Source: a virus (taxonomy: Duplodnaviria > Caudoviricetes). Taken from it: a stretch of 29,077 nt of DNA. Positions within the stretch are counted from its first letter, which is position 1. Each line of letters begins with the position of its first letter. The stretch is taken from IMG/VR virus record IMGVR_UViG_3300010244_000002, positions 1-29,077 of that record; one strand, given 5' to 3'. Both the position numbers and the translations under genes were made by a program. Below the pieces are notes generated by a model. That model had not been told where the DNA came from and searched no databases. It saw only the letters and a list, made by a program, of their open reading frames with translations. Shown here one piece after another: positions 26,102 to 29,077 of this stretch.

Positions 26102-27385
26102 CAATAATACCCTCGGTTTCCCGATATTTATTAGGGGTTTAGACTAGATATTGATTGAGATATTTGGCTCTCAATCCCTCACGTTACTTCTTAATTTTAC
26201 TCAAAATTATATCTTCTATCTCTTCCTTTTTCTGCTTGTAATTTACTCGTAGTAACGGTATATTGTTATCTTTACAGTATTTGTTTTTCTTTTCATCGTT
26301 CTTTTGGGTTCTAACAAATTTATCTACCCCTCCGAAATGGTTAATGGGTTCAAAATGTTGTACACCATCATACTCAATCAAGAGTAGTACGTTGTCTTTA
26401 GTGTCCATAACTGCAAAGTCAAATGGAAGTCTTTTTGTATTCTTTAAATCTGGGTATGTATATTGGGATTTATACGCTATTTTGTTCTTTTTAAGTAACT
26501 TAGCAATAAAAGTTTCCCCTTTTGACAATTTACATTCTGGACAGGCACTATATCTGAGTATATGTGCTGCTCGAACGTCCCATTCATGGTTACATCCTTT
26601 TTTATTATGTATTATAGTAACCTTTTCATTTGCACTAGTATATTCACAACCATCCTTTAGAATGTACTCATTTCCATGCTTATCATACAAATCTTGTTCA
26701 AACTGCTCTGTGGTTTTCCTACTAAATGGTTTATTATGTCTACACTTAATACAACTTCCAGAGTGGAGTATCGTTGCAGGTCTCACATAAAATTCTGTAC
26801 CACAATCCTCGTGCACTACTTTTATAGGTGTTATATTATTTACATATTTTTCTCCCTCAACAACTGTGAAATTTCCTACTTCTTTAACTTTTCTTCTAAA
26901 CGTTTCTATATCATTAGTTATAGAGTCCTTGTAACAGATAGGACATGTTCTTGTGTAGTTCAAAACCCCTGAAGGTTTTGCTTCCCACTCATGTTTACAA
27001 ACTTTATTTTTAAACCTAACCTTAGTTCTTGAGTTTATATATGGGGTAAGTATTTCGATTTCTCCGTTACTACTTTCTTTTAATTTAGCTTTATAATCTT
27101 CCTCTGTAAGCTTTTTAATATTAGTCACCTCCCTTATTTTATTTTTTTTAGTAAATTAAGTTTTCTTATCTAGTTCTCCTTAACACCATTTTGTTAAGTT
27201 CCTAGAATTTTAGTCGTTAGAGATTTCCTTGACTATATTTAGATTAACAATCTATTTGTCAAGGCTTCCTACGGGATTCCCTCTGCCCTTATACACTAGG
27301 AATTAGGGTTTCTTACCAGTATGTTGTTTTTGTGTATACTACTTTACTTTGCCCGTTTAGTGAGGTTTATAGTCAACTAAATTTA
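26102..27385 (-). mobile_element. Group I intron (IA-like) in terL
   Basis: P1 GUCGAU/GUUGAC with a U-G pair at the splice site; P3 CCUCAC/GUGAGG; P7 GACUA/UAGUC; P8 GAUUGAGA/UCUCAAUC; P9 with GAAA loop; terminal G. Splicing gives in-frame HRPWQVD-LLNSEHP (607 aa in total). Confidence 0.88.
26184..27128 (-). CDS. Intron-encoded homing endonuclease (Zn-ribbon repeats + Vsr/EDxHD-like nuclease domain)
   Basis: Three C..H.W/F...CxxC repeats, then SKGE...LPFDF...IEYDGVQH...D..KN.YC....IPLLRV. Confidence 0.85.
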   Translation of the reverse strand: MTNIKKLTEEDYKAKLKESSNGEIEILTPYINSRTKVRFKNKVCKHEWEAKPSGVLNYTRTCPICYKDSITNDIETFRRKVKEVGNFTVVEGEKYVNNITPIKVVHEDCGTEFYVRPATILHSGSCIKCRHNKPFSRKTTEQFEQDLYDKHGNEYILKDGCEYTSANEKVTIIHNKKGCNHEWDVRAAHILRYSACPECKLSKGETFIAKLLKKNKIAYKSQYTYPDLKNTKRLPFDFAVMDTKDNVLLLIEYDGVQHFEPINHFGGVDKFVRTQKNDEKKNKYCKDNNIPLLRVNYKQKKEEIEDIILSKIKK

Positions 27386-27592
27386 ATCGACTTGCCAAGG
27401 TCTATGTTGTAACGCCCTATCTCTTTGGTCGCTAGGTATCGAAAATGTCATCGGTCCATTTTTAGTCGTGTGATTCCGTAGTGCATAAGTCGAAGGTTTT
27501 AACATATCTATGATATAAGCTAACTGTTCAGAAGTAATATCCCTTGTACCAAACATGTTTTCTGCCATCTTAATAATTTGTTTTCCGTTCAT
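27386..27592 (-). CDS. terL: Terminase large subunit, exon 1
   Basis: PSTYALRNH...HRPWQ Q-motif; the ORF stops at the first intron bases (TAA). Confidence 0.88.
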
Positions 27593-27593
27593 T

Positions 27594-28016
27594 TTATCCT
27601 TCCTCTACATTCTGATTATTCATTTGTTTTTCTCTTTTCTTGGACATCTCTTCAACTTCCTCTTCATCCATTGAAGCTAACATATCTAAGTCTACATATT
27701 CAGTTGTTTCTCCTTCTTCATCTTCCTCCTCATGAGTATCAACAAGCTCCCTCATATCATCTCGTTGAGTACTGGTCATCGCAGGTAATGCTCCTGTTCC
27801 TTCTTCACCATTCCCTAAGTCATTGACTTGCATATAAATTTGGAATAATCGCATCATGTCTGCTGTGTCATCCATTTGAATTGTTCCGTTATCCATGTCT
27901 TTCATAAAATTTCTTAGGGACTTAGAAGCAACCTTATTAAACTCTTCTGCTAGTTCTTCTTTCGGGGTTTTCTCTTTTTGTTCCATTCGGTCTTTTAACT
28001 CATCTGAGAATTTCAT
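27594..28016 (-). CDS. Probable terminase small subunit
   Basis: Directly upstream of and coupled to terL, with a GTGALP motif and acidic tail. Start reassigned to the ATG at 28016 (AAGGAG RBS). Confidence 0.6.
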   Translation of the reverse strand: MKFSDELKDRMEQKEKTPKEELAEEFNKVASKSLRNFMKDMDNGTIQMDDTADMMRLFQIYMQVNDLGNGEEGTGALPAMTSTQRDDMRELVDTHEEEDEEGETTEYVDLDMLASMDEEEVEEMSKKREKQMNNQNVEEG

Positions 28017-28317
28017 CCAATGTATCTCCTTCCCGTAGTCGTTTGTGCACATAACGACATCTTTTTGAGTTATGACAGATATTAATTGTTAGTAAATCAG
28101 AAAAGTGACAGCTGAAATGATTTCGAACTGCCACAGTCTTTTGATTAGATAATAGGACAACCGATAAAGGAGTCTGACAAACAGCACAGAAACGACTTCC
28201 GTGAACCCGTTTATCCCCTTTTTTAATCACGGTCTTCTTATTACATTCTTCCAATATCTCCTTTCTTTGGCTAATGATTTCCTCTCTGGTTAAAATAGTC
28301 ATCGTCATTTTCTTCAT
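28000..28317 (-). CDS. Small Cys/His-rich (putative Zn-binding) protein
   Basis: CAVC...H..CH...CH...C pattern; overlaps both neighbours. The true start may be a few codons downstream. Confidence 0.65.
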   Translation of the reverse strand: MKKMTMTILTREEIISQRKEILEECNKKTVIKKGDKRVHGSRFCAVCQTPLSVVLLSNQKTVAVRNHFSCHFSDLLTINICHNSKRCRYVHKRLREGDTLDEILR

Positions 28318-28681
28318 CCGTTTCTACGATTTCTTGATCTTGTTGTCTGTTTTCAATCGTTTTTTCTTCACTAACTTCTTTAAACGACTTCTCATAAATA
28401 CTTTCAATGATTTCTTTAATATCTCGGATGTCATGTTTCATTGCTTCAATGTCTTCTTTATTTCTTTGTGTATTCTCTCTTATAGTTCTAGTCTCTTTAG
28501 AAATGAAGATATCATAAAGAGTTGTAAGAATATATACCAGAGCCACACCTGACGTAAAGTATAACAAATAAAGTTGAGGTGAAGTCTCTACAGTAATAAA
28601 GTTGGTCACTGTAAAAACAATGATAAGGGGAGCAACAACAAAGGCAATGATTAGCTTCGCAATTCGATGTTTCGTTATCAT
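28271..28681 (-). CDS. Two-TM membrane protein with coiled-coil tail
   Basis: Two hydrophobic segments and an AAAGGAG RBS; first gene of the terminase operon. Confidence 0.75.
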   Translation of the reverse strand: MITKHRIAKLIIAFVVAPLIIVFTVTNFITVETSPQLYLLYFTSGVALVYILTTLYDIFISKETRTIRENTQRNKEDIEAMKHDIRDIKEIIESIYEKSFKEVSEEKTIENRQQDQEIVETDEENDDDYFNQRGNH

Positions 28682-28724
28682 TAAAATTTCAGCTCCTTTC
28701 AGTTTAATTTTAGTCCTTATACTA

Positions 28725-28780
28725 TAATATAATGTAACTCTGTGTATTGCCTTGATTCCAGTGTATGTTTCGTTATATTA
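28725..28780. promoter_or_regulatory. Divergent pair of putative late promoters
   Basis: AGTTACATTATATTA on the minus strand (28725-28739) and TTTCGTTATATTA on the plus strand (28768-28780), each upstream of a gene. Confidence 0.58.
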
Positions 28781-28802
28781 AGAATTATGAGAGGTGATAC
28801 CT

Positions 28803-29069
28803 ATGATGATTTTCTTTTTAACAATTTTATTTATCTTTTTTCAGCTTCTCCTTTATTATACCACACTCATCGGAGTCAAAGCGTTCTCGTATCATAGAAC
28901 CATCAATACTTCCTCTTTCTATACGTTTGTTCTTGTGATGCTGACTTTGAACGTTTTTTCTATCTTATTCATTTGTTTATTTGAAGGGATACTTTTGTGG
29001 TTTTTCTTTATTTTTATCATAGTATCAGTCATAAATGTCTTGTTTTCCAATCAAAAAGGTGGTGATTAA
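28803..29069 (+). CDS. Small multi-TM membrane protein
   Basis: Very hydrophobic, with GAGGTG RBS before ATG 28803. An AGGTGG RBS and ATG at 29071 for the next gene follow. Confidence 0.65.
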   Translation: MMIFFLTILFIFFQLLLYYTTLIGVKAFSYHRTINTSSFYTFVLVMLTLNVFSILFICLFEGILLWFFFIFIIVSVINVLFSNQKGGD

Positions 29070-29077
29070 CATGACAG

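Noticed and set aside
26263-26972. Plus-strand ORFs of 175 aa and 98 aa within the intron
   Set aside because: They are antisense to the endonuclease, with no RBS or recognisable motifs.
24485-27592. terL as a pseudogene or two independent genes
   Set aside because: The intervening sequence has group I core helices, and its removal restores a continuous reading frame.

Overview
This AT-rich window is the virion-morphogenesis and lysis region of a large contractile-tailed phage of Bacillota, with Herelleviridae-like (SPO1/Twort/A511/K-type) gene order. Almost all genes are on the minus strand. From right to left: small membrane and Zn-binding genes, probable TerS, TerL split by a group I intron (26102-27385) carrying a Vsr/EDxHD-like homing endonuclease, conserved hypotheticals, holin, two lysins (GH73 glucosaminidase; Amidase_3-SH3-LysM2), a secreted LysM-3D protein, portal, prohead protease, scaffold, major capsid, neck proteins, tail sheath, tail tube, a tail assembly chaperone pair, and a tape-measure protein with a glucosaminidase domain that runs off the left end. 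A late-promoter-like motif (TTATATTA core) recurs in nine intergenic gaps. Four items stand out. (1) A plasmid-type RepA_N replication initiator with its own sigma-A promoter is inserted between the tail tube and the chaperones. (2) An unannotated, highly structured ncRNA of about 280 nt, with its own promoter and terminator, lies upstream of the portal operon. (3) A perfect WalR box precedes the YocH-like LysM-3D gene. (4) Two unrelated adjacent lysins end in the same C-terminal peptide motif. Items 1-3 together hint at a host-responsive, possibly plasmid-like or carrier state in a family regarded as strictly lytic (inference). All family calls come from motif recognition and synteny; no database searches were run.
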